DNA of 64,000 nucleotides, from positions 1,120,001 to 1,184,000 of the forward strand of contig CAXXKT010000001.1 in NCBI GenBank assembly GCA_963662405.2, written 5' to 3'. A program made the translations under genes and the position numbers. The notes beneath the pieces are model-generated. The model did not search any database, was not told the DNA's origin, and worked only from the letters and a program-made list of their open reading frames with translations. The stretch is from Syntrophales bacterium (lineage in GTDB: Bacteria > Desulfobacterota > Syntrophia > Syntrophales > UBA2210). This document shows, in pieces, positions 48,389 through 58,189 of the stretch (the first letter of the stretch is position 1; each line of letters begins with the position of its first letter).

Positions 48389-49690
48389 ATGGATAATAAG
48401 TCTCTGGTTGACAAACGATCGGCGACCCTCGCGAAATCTTTTGCGGGCGGCAAACCGGCCTTTGCGGCATATGGACAGGGTGCCATTTTGACTGACGTAG
48501 ACGGTCGTGAATATATCGATTTTGCGGGTGGAATCGGTGTCATGAATATCGGGCATTCCCATCCGAAAGTGGTCGCCGCCATTCAGGAACAGGCCGCGAA
48601 ACTGACACACTCCTGCTTCATGGTGGTGCCCTATGAACCGGCCGTCAAGCTGGCGGAGCGTCTCTGTGCCCTGACACCCGGTTCTTTCCCGAAGAAGGCC
48701 TTTTTCGTGAATGCCGGCGCCGAAGCGGTGGAGAACGCCGTGAAGATATCGCGGTATTATACCAAGAGGCCGGGGATCGTTGTCTTTGATAACTGCTTCC
48801 ACGGGCGGACCCTGCTCACCATGACGATGACGAGCAAGGCAAAGCCCTATAAGTTTGGATTCGGCCCCTTCGCCTCAGAGATTTACCATGCGCCCTATGC
48901 ATACTGTTACCGGTGTCCCTTCGGTCTGGAGTACCCGAAGTGTAATACCTACTGTGCCGATTTCCTGGCACAGGAGTTTTTTATCCGATGTCCTGCGGAA
49001 ACAACGGCGGCGGTGATAGCAGAACCCGTACAGGGTGAAGGTGGTTTTATCACACCTCCCCCTGAATATTTCCCGAAGGTTGCGCAGATCTGTAAAGATA
49101 ACGGGATACTCTTTGTCTCCGATGAAATTCAGGCGGGGATGGCACGGACGGGTGGAAAACTCTTTGCTATCGAGCACTGGGGTGTTGAGCCGGACCTGGT
49201 GACCATTGCGAAGAGTCTCGCCGCCGGTATGCCTCTCAGCGCCGTCGTCGGGAGAGAAGAGATCATGGATTCCATCCACCCCGGGGGAATCGGCGGGACC
49301 TACGGCGGCAACCCCGTGGCCTGCGCGGCAGGGAATGCCGTTCTGGACGCCTACGAGGAAGACAATATCCTCGATAAGAGTGAGGCGTTGGGTCAGAAAC
49401 TGTGGGCGGCATTCACGGAGATGCAGAAGAAGTACGAAATTATCGGCGATGTCCGTGGCAAGGGGCCGATGATCGCCCTTGAGTTGGTCGTGGACCGTGT
49501 GACGAAAGAGACCAATGCTGAGGCAGCGGGCAAGATCGCCGCCTACGCCTTTGAGAAGGGACTGATCCTCCTGAGCTGCGGACCCTATGGTAACTGCATC
49601 CGGTGCCTGATGCCGCTGGTGATTACCGATGAGCAACTCGATCGTGGGCTGGCGATTATTGACGAGGCCTTTGCCTCTCTCGAAAAGTAA
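48389..49690 (+). CDS. gabT: 4-aminobutyrate:2-oxoglutarate aminotransferase (class III PLP), copy 1
   Basis: YIDFAGGIGV.N.GHSHP, GAEAVENAVK, FHGRT, EPVQGEGGF, DEIQ.G..RTG, AKSLA.G.PLS and GGTYGGNP. Confidence 0.9.
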   Translation: MDNKSLVDKRSATLAKSFAGGKPAFAAYGQGAILTDVDGREYIDFAGGIGVMNIGHSHPKVVAAIQEQAAKLTHSCFMVVPYEPAVKLAERLCALTPGSFPKKAFFVNAGAEAVENAVKISRYYTKRPGIVVFDNCFHGRTLLTMTMTSKAKPYKFGFGPFASEIYHAPYAYCYRCPFGLEYPKCNTYCADFLAQEFFIRCPAETTAAVIAEPVQGEGGFITPPPEYFPKVAQICKDNGILFVSDEIQAGMARTGGKLFAIEHWGVEPDLVTIAKSLAAGMPLSAVVGREEIMDSIHPGGIGGTYGGNPVACAAGNAVLDAYEEDNILDKSEALGQKLWAAFTEMQKKYEIIGDVRGKGPMIALELVVDRVTKETNAEAAGKIAAYAFEKGLILLSCGPYGNCIRCLMPLVITDEQLDRGLAIIDEAFASLEK

Positions 49691-49998
49691 GAAATCATAG
49701 TTGGTAGTGTGTTCTTTAAAAATTCCGCGACCGGCGGAGATGATTCTTTAAAATAGTGATAATACTGCTGCCCATATCCTTTTTGGATGAGCCGGGACGG
49801 TTTCACAAAGCGTTTGTGCTCGGGGTATATGTCTGGACAGCAGTTATACGTGGTGACGACAAGATCCTGATATAGTCGGCGATGCACTCGATCATTGTGG
49901 CGCAATGACTTTGAAATGTGTAGCGCGGCACGTTCGGATCTTCGGCCTCTTCAGTGGGGAGAGGAAACCCTAATAAGCTATTGTGGAAGGAGAACGGG

Positions 49999-51255
49999 AT
50001 GAAAAAAGTAAATTGGTGGCGAAATGGATTTATCTGTGTTTTGGCCTTGGCATTTGTCTGCTTCATGATCGTATCAACGGGTACGTCAGCAGTGGCAAAG
50101 GACAAGGTCATTAAGATCGGGAACATCCTTCCTCTCTCAGGACCTTCGGCGTCGGTCGGTCTTCAGGGGAAGTATGCCCGTGAGCTGGCAACCGAGATGA
50201 TCAACAATGCAGGAGGCATCAAATCGTTGGGCGGCGCCAAACTGGAGAATATCTATGTCGACAGCAAGAGTGATCCCACCGTAGGCGTCACCGCTGCCGA
50301 ACGGCTCATCAATACGAATAGAGTTAATATCCTTTCGGGATGCTGGAACTCCGCCGTCACCTATCCGGCGACGCAGGTGGCAGAGCGATACCGCATCCCC
50401 TTCGTTGTTCCCGTGTCCGTGCGCAACACCATTACGGAACGGGGATTCAAATATACCTTTAGAATTGCGGCCAAGGACGCCTGGTGGACCCGCGATCAGT
50501 TCAAATTCCTGGAAGAGATGAAAGAAGCGACCGGGACGGAGTTGAAGACGGTTGCCTTTGTCTACGAGAATGGTGACTGGGGTGTTGGCATGGCCGAGCA
50601 GTGGACCCTTCTCGCAAAGACGTACGGCTACGAGGTGGTGCTCAATGAGCCCTATCCCAGCACCGCCAGTGACCTGACGCCTGTTGTCATGAAGATTAAA
50701 CGTGCCAAACCCGACGTCATATTGCTGACGTCGAATGCATCCGATGCAATCCTCCTGACCAACACCATGGCGGAAATGAAGGTCAAGGCCAAGGCGATTA
50801 TCGGCACGGGCGGTGGTCATGCAGACCCCATGTTCCGGAAGAACTGCGGAAAAAATGCCGAGAATATGTTTGACGTTGTCGAGTGGGAAGCGGACCTGAA
50901 CAAGCCCGGTATCCCCGAGTTGAACGCGGAATTCAAGAAACGTCACGGATTCGACCTCGCCGGTGAATCCGTGGATGCATTCGCATCGGTCTTCGTGATC
51001 GCGGATGCCCTTGAACGGGCCGGATCGACGAATCCTCAGAAACTGAGAGAGGCATTTGCCGCTACCAAGTTATCTACGGGTCCCGGCATGATCGTCTCTT
51101 ACGACTGTGTCGAATTCGACGAATCGGGGCAGAACAAGAACGCCGGTATCGTGATGGTCCAGTACCGCATGGTCAACGGAAATCTGGAACGTGTTTCCAT
51201 ATGGCCCAAGAGTGCTGCACGAACCGGCTATGAGGCCGTATTCCCAATGCCTTAG
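49999..51255 (+). CDS. HAAT/Liv-type ABC transporter substrate-binding protein
   Basis: Signal peptide; IKIG...PLSG and INNAGGIKSLGGAKLE...D. Confidence 0.9.
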   Translation: MKKVNWWRNGFICVLALAFVCFMIVSTGTSAVAKDKVIKIGNILPLSGPSASVGLQGKYARELATEMINNAGGIKSLGGAKLENIYVDSKSDPTVGVTAAERLINTNRVNILSGCWNSAVTYPATQVAERYRIPFVVPVSVRNTITERGFKYTFRIAAKDAWWTRDQFKFLEEMKEATGTELKTVAFVYENGDWGVGMAEQWTLLAKTYGYEVVLNEPYPSTASDLTPVVMKIKRAKPDVILLTSNASDAILLTNTMAEMKVKAKAIIGTGGGHADPMFRKNCGKNAENMFDVVEWEADLNKPGIPELNAEFKKRHGFDLAGESVDAFASVFVIADALERAGSTNPQKLREAFAATKLSTGPGMIVSYDCVEFDESGQNKNAGIVMVQYRMVNGNLERVSIWPKSAARTGYEAVFPMP

Positions 51256-51288
51256 GTGTATGACGTACGCATAACATTTATTAAAGAT

Positions 51289-51329
51289 CGGGATTCGGAA
51301 GAGCCCTTGCATAGCTCTTCCGAATCCCG
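51289..51329 (+). other. Intercistronic 16-bp perfect stem-loop after the binding-protein gene
   Basis: CGGGATTCGGAAGAGC-9 nt-GCTCTTCCGAATCCCG. Confidence 0.75.
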
Positions 51330-51350
51330 CAGAGCGAAAACGAGGTTGTT

Positions 51351-52235
51351 ATGGATGTAATTCTACAAGCAATCGTCAACGGGACATTGACTGGCTCGAT
51401 TTACGGGCTTGCTGCATTGGGACTGACGTTGGTCTTTGGTGTTATCAAGGTCATTAATTTTGCCCACGGTTCATGCCTGATGGTCGGGATGTATACCGCT
51501 TACTGGGTTGTGCAATTAACGGGAATGCACCCCTATCTTGCCTTGATTATTGTTGTTCCGTTTCTCTTTCTCTTTGGATATTTCCTGCAGGAAATCGTCG
51601 TCAAACCGGTCTTGGTTGCTCAGGCTGACGTCCGTGAACCGACCGAAGTGATTATCGTAACCACCGGTGTCTGGTATATCCTTGATAATATAACGCTGAT
51701 GATGTTTGGGGCCGAATATCGGGTTGTACAGACATCCCTGTCCGGCAAGTCGTATGAACTGGGGAACCTGATCGTCTCCACACCGAAGCTGTATGGCTTC
51801 ATCGCCACGATTCTCGTGTCCGTTGCGCTGGTATGGTTTCTGAAGAGTACAAAAATGGGGAAATCGATCCGGGCCGCAAGTCTGGATCGTGAGGCGGCGA
51901 GCCTTATGGGAATCAACCAGTACCGGGTTTACAATATTGCCTTTGGCATCGCCACCGGCATTATGGGCGTGGTGGGCTGCGTGCTTCTCCCATTCTACTA
52001 TGTCTTTCCCACCGTTGGGGTTATTTTCGATGTCAAGTGCTTTATCATTGTCGTATTGGGAGGTCTGGGAAGCATCCCCGGGGCACTGATTGGAGGAGTC
52101 ATTGTCGGTCTCATTGAATCCATCGGAGCTCAGTTTATGACATCGACATGGACTGAGTTAATCGTCTATCTGGTCTTCTTGCTGGTACTCTTCGTCAGAC
52201 CAGCGGGACTGTTTGGCGAAACGAAGGACTGGTAG
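51351..52235 (+). CDS. livH: Branched-chain amino acid ABC permease (LivH-like)
   Basis: LGLTLVFGV.KVINFAHG, GKSIRAA and VVLGGLGSI.GA. Confidence 0.9.
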   Translation: MDVILQAIVNGTLTGSIYGLAALGLTLVFGVIKVINFAHGSCLMVGMYTAYWVVQLTGMHPYLALIIVVPFLFLFGYFLQEIVVKPVLVAQADVREPTEVIIVTTGVWYILDNITLMMFGAEYRVVQTSLSGKSYELGNLIVSTPKLYGFIATILVSVALVWFLKSTKMGKSIRAASLDREAASLMGINQYRVYNIAFGIATGIMGVVGCVLLPFYYVFPTVGVIFDVKCFIIVVLGGLGSIPGALIGGVIVGLIESIGAQFMTSTWTELIVYLVFLLVLFVRPAGLFGETKDW

Positions 52236-52253
52236 GAAAGGAGACAGAAAAAG

Positions 52254-53258
52254 ATGACAAAGGAAAAATTGGACAAGCTGCTCAAAATCATTCTGGTTGT
52301 GGGTGTCTTTACGCTCCCCCTCTGGATGAGGAGCCCGACATATCTCCAGATTTTGGTATTGCTCTTCTGGTACGCCTATCTTACCACCTCCTGGAATCTG
52401 GTTGGCGGATGGGCCGGCGTCCTGCCCTTGGGACACTCGGCATATATCGGCATTGGGGCGTACACATCGACGGCACTGGCCCTGCACTACGGTTTAAGCC
52501 CCTGGATCGGGATGTTCGCCGGGGGGATTCTTGCCGCAATTGTGGGGATCATTATTGGTGTTCCCACCTTGAAATTACGCGGCGCATACTTTGCGCTTTC
52601 GACGATGGCCTTCGGAGAAGGCGTACGGGTCTTTGTGGAGAACACCGATAAGATCGGCCCCTTCCTGATAAACGGGCCGAGAGGGATCTGTATTCCGCTC
52701 AAGGAATCGTTCTGGACCTTTCAGTTCATGAGCAAGGTTCCTTACTACTACATCATCCTGATTATGCTGAGCATCGCCCTTTTTATTACCTGGTATATGT
52801 CAAAGACCAAAATCGGCTACTATCTGAACGCAGGTGGTGAAGAGCCGGAAGCGGCAGAGGCGCTCGGGATCAATGTGGCGAAATATAAAGTAATCGCAAT
52901 GGCCATCAGTTGTTTTATGACAGGACTGGCTGGGACCTTCTACGCGCAACTGGCGCTTTATTTCTATCCCAAGGCTATCCTGGGACTGGATCTCTCCTTC
53001 GAAATCGCATTCATTGCCCTGATCGGAGGAAGAGGGACGATTGCAGGACCCGTGCTCGGTGCCTTAATTCTCCGGCCGGTTACCGATTTTTCGCGTATCT
53101 ATTTCAGCAGCGTATTGCCCGGTCTTCACCTCGTTATTTACGGGCTGGTTCTTATACTGGTGATGATCTATCAACCACGGGGCCTGCAGGAACCACTTAA
53201 CAGATTCTATAATTGGTTCCTCGATAAGGTGACTGGTAAGAAGGAGGTGAAGATGTAA
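52254..53258 (+). CDS. livM: Branched-chain amino acid ABC permease (LivM-like)
   Basis: WNLVGG.AG...LGH, LKLRGAYFAL.T, AAEALGIN and IGGRGT..GP. Confidence 0.9.
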   Translation: MTKEKLDKLLKIILVVGVFTLPLWMRSPTYLQILVLLFWYAYLTTSWNLVGGWAGVLPLGHSAYIGIGAYTSTALALHYGLSPWIGMFAGGILAAIVGIIIGVPTLKLRGAYFALSTMAFGEGVRVFVENTDKIGPFLINGPRGICIPLKESFWTFQFMSKVPYYYIILIMLSIALFITWYMSKTKIGYYLNAGGEEPEAAEALGINVAKYKVIAMAISCFMTGLAGTFYAQLALYFYPKAILGLDLSFEIAFIALIGGRGTIAGPVLGALILRPVTDFSRIYFSSVLPGLHLVIYGLVLILVMIYQPRGLQEPLNRFYNWFLDKVTGKKEVKM

Positions 53259-53992
53259 TGGCAGCAATACTTGAGGTCAAGAACGTATCGAAACATTTTG
53301 GTGGATTGAAAGCGGTCGATCAGGTTGATCTAACGATCGAGAAAGGCCAGATATACGGACTGATCGGACCGAACGGTGCCGGGAAGTCGACACTCTTCAA
53401 CTGTGTTGCCGGGACCTATGCACCGACATCGGGACAGATTCTTTTCAAAGGACAGGACATCACGGGAACGAAACCCTGGGATATCTGCAAGATGAGAATT
53501 GCCCGGACCTTTCAGCTGGTAAAACCCTTCAAGATGAAAACGGTCCTTTATAACACCATGGTGGGAGCCTTCGTGCGATCTAACAATCCTGCCGAGGTCA
53601 GGGACATGGCCCTGGAGGTCCTCGAGATGTTGAAGCTTGCCGATAAGAAGGACGTACTGGCGAAGAACCTCACGATAGCAGACAGAAAACGCCTTGAAGT
53701 GGCTCGTGCAATGGCAACGAACCCGGAGATTCTTCTTCTTGATGAGTGTATGGCTGGCTTGAGACCGAACGAAGTCGATGCGATCCTCGATATCGTTCGA
53801 GGTATCAGAGATCGGGGTGTGACGATTTTTGTCATTGAGCACATTATGAGGGCAATTATGACACTCTCGGATCGTATTATGGTGATTCATTTTGGGGCAA
53901 AAGTGATGGAAGGAACACCCCAAGAAGTATCACAAGATGAACGAGTCATAAAAGCATACCTAGGGGAGAGTTATGTCGCTACTGGAAATTAA
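53258..53992 (+). CDS. livG: ABC ATP-binding protein (LivG-like)
   Basis: FGGLKAV, GPNGAGKST, ARTFQ, LLDE, IEH and V.KAYLG. Confidence 0.92.
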   Translation: MAAILEVKNVSKHFGGLKAVDQVDLTIEKGQIYGLIGPNGAGKSTLFNCVAGTYAPTSGQILFKGQDITGTKPWDICKMRIARTFQLVKPFKMKTVLYNTMVGAFVRSNNPAEVRDMALEVLEMLKLADKKDVLAKNLTIADRKRLEVARAMATNPEILLLDECMAGLRPNEVDAILDIVRGIRDRGVTIFVIEHIMRAIMTLSDRIMVIHFGAKVMEGTPQEVSQDERVIKAYLGESYVATGN

Positions 53993-54683
53993 AAATATCA
54001 ACTGCTTTTACGGAGATGTCCAGGTCATCTACGGCGTGTCGATGCATGTTGAAGAAGGTGAAATCATTAGTATGATCGGTGCCAACGGTGCCGGAAAATC
54101 AACAATTCTCAGGTGTATTTCAGGTTTGATGAAGGCGGCCTCAGGAGAGATCTATTTTGAAGGCCAACCGATTCACAACCATCGACCCGAGAAAATTGTG
54201 GACCGCGGTGTGATCCACGTCCCCGAGGGTCGAAAACTGTTCTCCCTGATGACATCGAAAGAGAACCTCGAGGTGGGTGCACACAACCCCCGCGCCTATC
54301 CTCACATGAAGGAAAGCTTCGCAGATGTCTACAAACTGTTGCCGCGGTTGCAGGAGCGGGAGGATCAGCAGGCGATTACCATGAGCGGTGGTGAACAGCA
54401 AATGGTAGCCATTGGCCGCGGGATGATGGCCATGCCAAAGATCCTGATGCTCGACGAGCCATCACTTGGTCTTGCTCCTGTCCTGATCCAGGAAATCTTC
54501 CAGACGATCAGGAAAATTGCGGACCAGGGAACCACCGTACTGCTCGTGGAGCAAGACGTGCAGCATTCTCTCAGTCTGAGTGATCGTGGATATGTACTCG
54601 AACACGGCCGCATCGCTTATGAAGGCACGGGAAAAGAGTTGTTGGATAACCCGAATATCCGAGAGGCCTACCTCGGGATATAG
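53973..54683 (+). CDS. livF: ABC ATP-binding protein (LivF-like)
   Basis: GANGAGKST, VPEGR, MSGGEQQM, LDEPSLGLAP and LVEQ. Confidence 0.92.
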   Translation: MSLLEIKNINCFYGDVQVIYGVSMHVEEGEIISMIGANGAGKSTILRCISGLMKAASGEIYFEGQPIHNHRPEKIVDRGVIHVPEGRKLFSLMTSKENLEVGAHNPRAYPHMKESFADVYKLLPRLQEREDQQAITMSGGEQQMVAIGRGMMAMPKILMLDEPSLGLAPVLIQEIFQTIRKIADQGTTVLLVEQDVQHSLSLSDRGYVLEHGRIAYEGTGKELLDNPNIREAYLGI

Positions 54684-54711
54684 TAGTCAACTCATGAACT
54701 ATGTAAAGAGG

Positions 54712-54747
54712 GTGCATTCCCGCCCCCGCCAGGGAGCGGGAATGCAT
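54712..54747 (+). other. Stem-loop between livF and lamB/pxpA
   Basis: GTGCATTCCCGC...GCGGGAATGCAT; a second hairpin TGCCCGG...CCGGGCA lies at about 54775-54795. Confidence 0.6.
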
Positions 54748-54913
54748 GCCGGAGAATCGATGGCTTTGCAATCCTGCCCGGGTGATCACCGGGCATGGGT
54801 AAGAGGGGGAGTAGTGCGTGACAAATGCCCTGGGATGGAGACACGACAATAAAAGAGGTGCGGTTCATCCACGAGGTTTTTGTATATACTCATTTTTTTG
54901 AAGGGAGGAAGCC

Positions 54914-55660
54914 ATGAAAGTAGATCTCAATGTGGACATGGGTGAGAGTTTTGGGATGTATACCATGGGAAATGATGAGGCGTTTATGTCCTACATCACA
55001 AGTGCAAATGTTGCCTGCGGATATCACGCGGGAGATCCCACCGTGATGAAGAAGACGGTGGATCTGGCCAAGAAGCATGGCGTGCAGGTGGGTGCTCATC
55101 CCGGGCTCCCCGATTTGCAGGGCTTCGGGCGCCGTGAAATTAACATGACGATGGATGAAATCTACAGCGATATCGTCTATCAGGCCGGCGCACTGAAGGC
55201 CTTTGTCGAAGCGGCGGGCATGAAACTGCACCATGTGAAACCCCACGGTACACTGTACGGCATGGCGCACCGCAGAGAGGATGTAGCGCGGGCGATCTGC
55301 CAGGCCATCCTTGATGTGGACAAGGGCCTGTATCTCTACGCCATGAAGAAAGGGGTGATCGAGGGGGTAGCAAAGGAGATGGGCGTGAAAGTCGTCTTCG
55401 AAGTGTATGCCGATCTCGATTATGACGCGGAAGGAAATCTGGTCATCACAAGACATCATGAGGCACATAAGCCGGAAGATGTCGCCGCAAAGGTCATCAA
55501 GATGGTCAAAGACGGTCGTGTCAGCACGACCGACGGAACGGAGATCGATATCGAAGGATCGTCGGTCTGTGTTCACTCCGACAGCCCCGGCGCCATAGAG
55601 ATTGTCACCGCAGTCCGAAAGGTACTGGATAACAACGGGTACGAGATCGTTTCCCCGTAA
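54914..55660 (+). CDS. pxpA: LamB/YcsF family protein (PxpA-like lactam hydrolase subunit)
   Basis: DLNVDMGESFG, SANVACGYHAGDP, GAHPGLPDLQGFGRR, HVKPHG.LY and CVHSDSPGA. Confidence 0.92.
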   Translation: MKVDLNVDMGESFGMYTMGNDEAFMSYITSANVACGYHAGDPTVMKKTVDLAKKHGVQVGAHPGLPDLQGFGRREINMTMDEIYSDIVYQAGALKAFVEAAGMKLHHVKPHGTLYGMAHRREDVARAICQAILDVDKGLYLYAMKKGVIEGVAKEMGVKVVFEVYADLDYDAEGNLVITRHHEAHKPEDVAAKVIKMVKDGRVSTTDGTEIDIEGSSVCVHSDSPGAIEIVTAVRKVLDNNGYEIVSP

Positions 55661-55821
55661 TGGCTATCTATGTGTATGTGTGATCAGTCTGGAGAGGAAA
55701 TACCGGGAAAGACGGTATGGATCCCAAAGCGAATATGATGGGTTGAATGTAGAGAGGAAAGGAGGTTTTTGGGTCACCTAGGGTGTAGTTTCGAACAATT
55801 AACGAAAGGAGCTCAAATACT

Positions 55822-56808
55822 ATGGGAGAAAGAGACTATAATGTGATTCTGGACACGTTGCCTGCAACTGAGACGAGACTGGAAGTACTGTTCCGGCAGG
55901 CGGGAGATGGTTTTCTTCAGATTGAGTATGGGAGAACGCAGCGTGCAAACCTGCTCGATTCCTTCCGGATGCAGACGATCGATGCGGAGGTCAGGGAAAA
56001 GGCGCCGAAGGGGTTCATTGAAACCCTGCCGGGGGTCAGGACGAATATGATCCATTTCGACCCCGAGGTGCTCGATGTCCGTGCCCTTATCGATATGATC
56101 AAACAGTTCGAAGAAGATCTTCCCGACGTGGAGCATATCGTGATGCCGTCACGTCTGATTCACCTGCCGATCGCGTTCGAAGACAGCGAGACCAAAAAAG
56201 CTGTGGAAAAGTATGTGAAAGAAATTAGGCCCGATGCCCCCAATGTCATTAACGGTTATAACCTGGAGTACATGGCCCTCTGCAACGGGGTGACCGCCGA
56301 GGATATCAAAAAGATCCTCCTTGCCACCGAGTGGTATAACAGCGGCGGCGGTTTCTGGCCCGGCGGCGGTTTCTTCTGGCCGGTCGACCCGCGGTGCGCC
56401 ATTGTTGTCCCCAAATACAATCCGCCCCGAACCTGGACACCGGAAGGAACGGTTGGCATCGGTGGCCCCTGTGTCTTTACCTACACCACCGCAACCGGCG
56501 GCGGATATCAGCTTTTCGGGAGAACGATCCCCGTCTTCCAGTTCGCCCAGAAACACCCCCTCTTCAAGAAATCACCATTCCTGTATGTCAACGGTGACAG
56601 AATCGTATTCCACGAGGTTAGTGAGAAGGAGATCCTCGATGGGTTCGATCACGTCCACAACAAGGCCGATTACGAGTATGAGATCGAGGACGGCGAGATC
56701 GTGGTCAAGGAATACTTGGATTTCGTGAATTCTGAAGAGGTCAAAAAGGGCGCTGCGGAATTTCAGGCCAAACAGGCCGAGGGTTCAAAGACGGCCCCCC
56801 GCCTCTAA
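55822..56808 (+). CDS. Carboxyltransferase C/D-domain subunit (urea-carboxylase-type, PxpB/KipI superfamily)
   Basis: RQAGD...IEYG, PSRLIHLP..FED, DPR, PKYNPPRTWTPEGTVGIGG and GGYQLFGRT; 328 aa, longer than typical PxpB. Confidence 0.85.
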   Translation: MGERDYNVILDTLPATETRLEVLFRQAGDGFLQIEYGRTQRANLLDSFRMQTIDAEVREKAPKGFIETLPGVRTNMIHFDPEVLDVRALIDMIKQFEEDLPDVEHIVMPSRLIHLPIAFEDSETKKAVEKYVKEIRPDAPNVINGYNLEYMALCNGVTAEDIKKILLATEWYNSGGGFWPGGGFFWPVDPRCAIVVPKYNPPRTWTPEGTVGIGGPCVFTYTTATGGGYQLFGRTIPVFQFAQKHPLFKKSPFLYVNGDRIVFHEVSEKEILDGFDHVHNKADYEYEIEDGEIVVKEYLDFVNSEEVKKGAAEFQAKQAEGSKTAPRL

Positions 56809-56832
56809 TCACATCTGCAGAAGGAGGACGTT

Positions 56833-57816
56833 ATGTTGAAGATATTAAAGGGTGGTATTGAATCGATGGTTGAGGATTGGCCCGGCAGGTTGGGATATCT
56901 GAGCAAGGGTATGGCCGCTTCCGGTGCTCTGGACAATATGGCTCTTCAGTTCGGAAATCTGCTGGTGGGAAACCCCATTGACGAGGCAGGCGTGGAGATC
57001 GCCGGTGGCTATTTCGAGGCAGAATTTCTGGATGATGGCGTGATCAGCGTGTGCGGAACCGACATGAAACCCACCATCAACGGCACGTCGATCCCCATGT
57101 GGGAGGCTGTCGCGGTGAAGAAGGGCGATACGTTGAACCTCGCCGTATTCGGAGAGTTCGGATTCCGCGCATATCTTGCCATTGCCGGCGGGATCGATGT
57201 CCCCAAATATCTGGGGAGCAAATCGACCTGTATGTTTGGAAGCTACGGCGGTTTTGAAGGACGGGCGCTGCTCCCCGGCGATGTCCTGAAGATCGGCGCT
57301 CCCTCAAAGAATCTGGGCGATCTCGCGGGACGGAAGCTGAAGGACGATGTGGTCCCGAAATACTCGCGAGTCTGGGAACTGCGGACCATACCGGGACCCA
57401 ACACCTGCCCCGATTACGTGACGAAGGAGGGAATGGATTATCTGTATGAGACCGAGCACAAGATACAGCATACCTCCAACCGTTCCGCCTATCGTATCGA
57501 ATCGGTCCCGGAGTATTTCTGGGCGCGAAAGGATGGGGGCGTCGGTGGAAGCCATCCGTCCAACATCGTTGATCACGGTTACGCGATTCGCGGTACCCTG
57601 AACATCTGTGGTGATACCCCCATTATTCTGATCGGGGATGGGCCCACGCTGGGCGGGTATGTCAACGTGATGCACGTAATAAATGCGGATCTGTGGAAAA
57701 TCGGCCAGGGAACCCCTGCCCGTGACAGTTTCAAGTTCAGCTATATCACCCGAGAAGGGGCGATAGAGGAACGGAAGAAACAGAAGGCCCTGTATACTGA
57801 AGCGTCAATTGCTTAA
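56833..57816 (+). CDS. Carboxyltransferase A/B-domain subunit (urea-carboxylase-type, PxpC/KipA superfamily)
   Basis: DWPGRLGY...SGALD, RAYLAIAGGIDVP.YLGS.ST, WARKDGG..G.HPSNIVDHGY and DGPTLGGY. Confidence 0.87.
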   Translation: MLKILKGGIESMVEDWPGRLGYLSKGMAASGALDNMALQFGNLLVGNPIDEAGVEIAGGYFEAEFLDDGVISVCGTDMKPTINGTSIPMWEAVAVKKGDTLNLAVFGEFGFRAYLAIAGGIDVPKYLGSKSTCMFGSYGGFEGRALLPGDVLKIGAPSKNLGDLAGRKLKDDVVPKYSRVWELRTIPGPNTCPDYVTKEGMDYLYETEHKIQHTSNRSAYRIESVPEYFWARKDGGVGGSHPSNIVDHGYAIRGTLNICGDTPIILIGDGPTLGGYVNVMHVINADLWKIGQGTPARDSFKFSYITREGAIEERKKQKALYTEASIA

Positions 57817-57851
57817 TACATTGATCAATCAAATGAGATGAGGAGGATATT

Positions 57852-58073
57852 ATGGATTTCGCTGTGGAAGCGACGATGCCGGGATTGGTGGCACGAGTTG
57901 TTGTGAACGCGGGTGATGCGGTTGCGGAAGGTCAGGAAGTGGCTGTCATCAATTGTATGAAAACCGAGATCAGTGTTGCTGCCGCGAAGGCAGGCTCTGT
58001 CAAGACCATCAAGGTCAAGGAGTGGGATGAGGTACAGGTCGGCGATCCGATGGTGATCCTGGATGTAGCCTGA
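57852..58073 (+). CDS. Stand-alone biotin carboxyl carrier protein
   Basis: 73 aa biotinyl/lipoyl domain, A.MPG.V....V..GD.V..GQ....NCMKTE..V.A..AG.V; AGGAGG RBS. Confidence 0.88.
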   Translation: MDFAVEATMPGLVARVVVNAGDAVAEGQEVAVINCMKTEISVAAAKAGSVKTIKVKEWDEVQVGDPMVILDVA

Positions 58074-58189
58074 GCGCCTCTCGACGCGTTATTCACATTG
58101 AAATTTCCGTGGGGCGACGTCATCCTGATGCCGCTCCACGGAATCCAACATCGCATCATAAAATTGCTATCGAAGGGGGTAGTATTGTT

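Noticed and set aside
54712..54747. Resemblance of the hairpin to REP-type elements
   Set aside because: Single copy; the other hairpins in the window differ in sequence and no RAYT transposase is present.
54914..57816. Plain housekeeping 5-oxoprolinase PxpABC, or urea/guanidine carboxylase
   Set aside because: Not excluded but disfavoured: the CT subunits are urea-carboxylase-type, BC and BCCP are co-encoded, there is no allophanate hydrolase or CgdAB, and the context is GABA catabolism.
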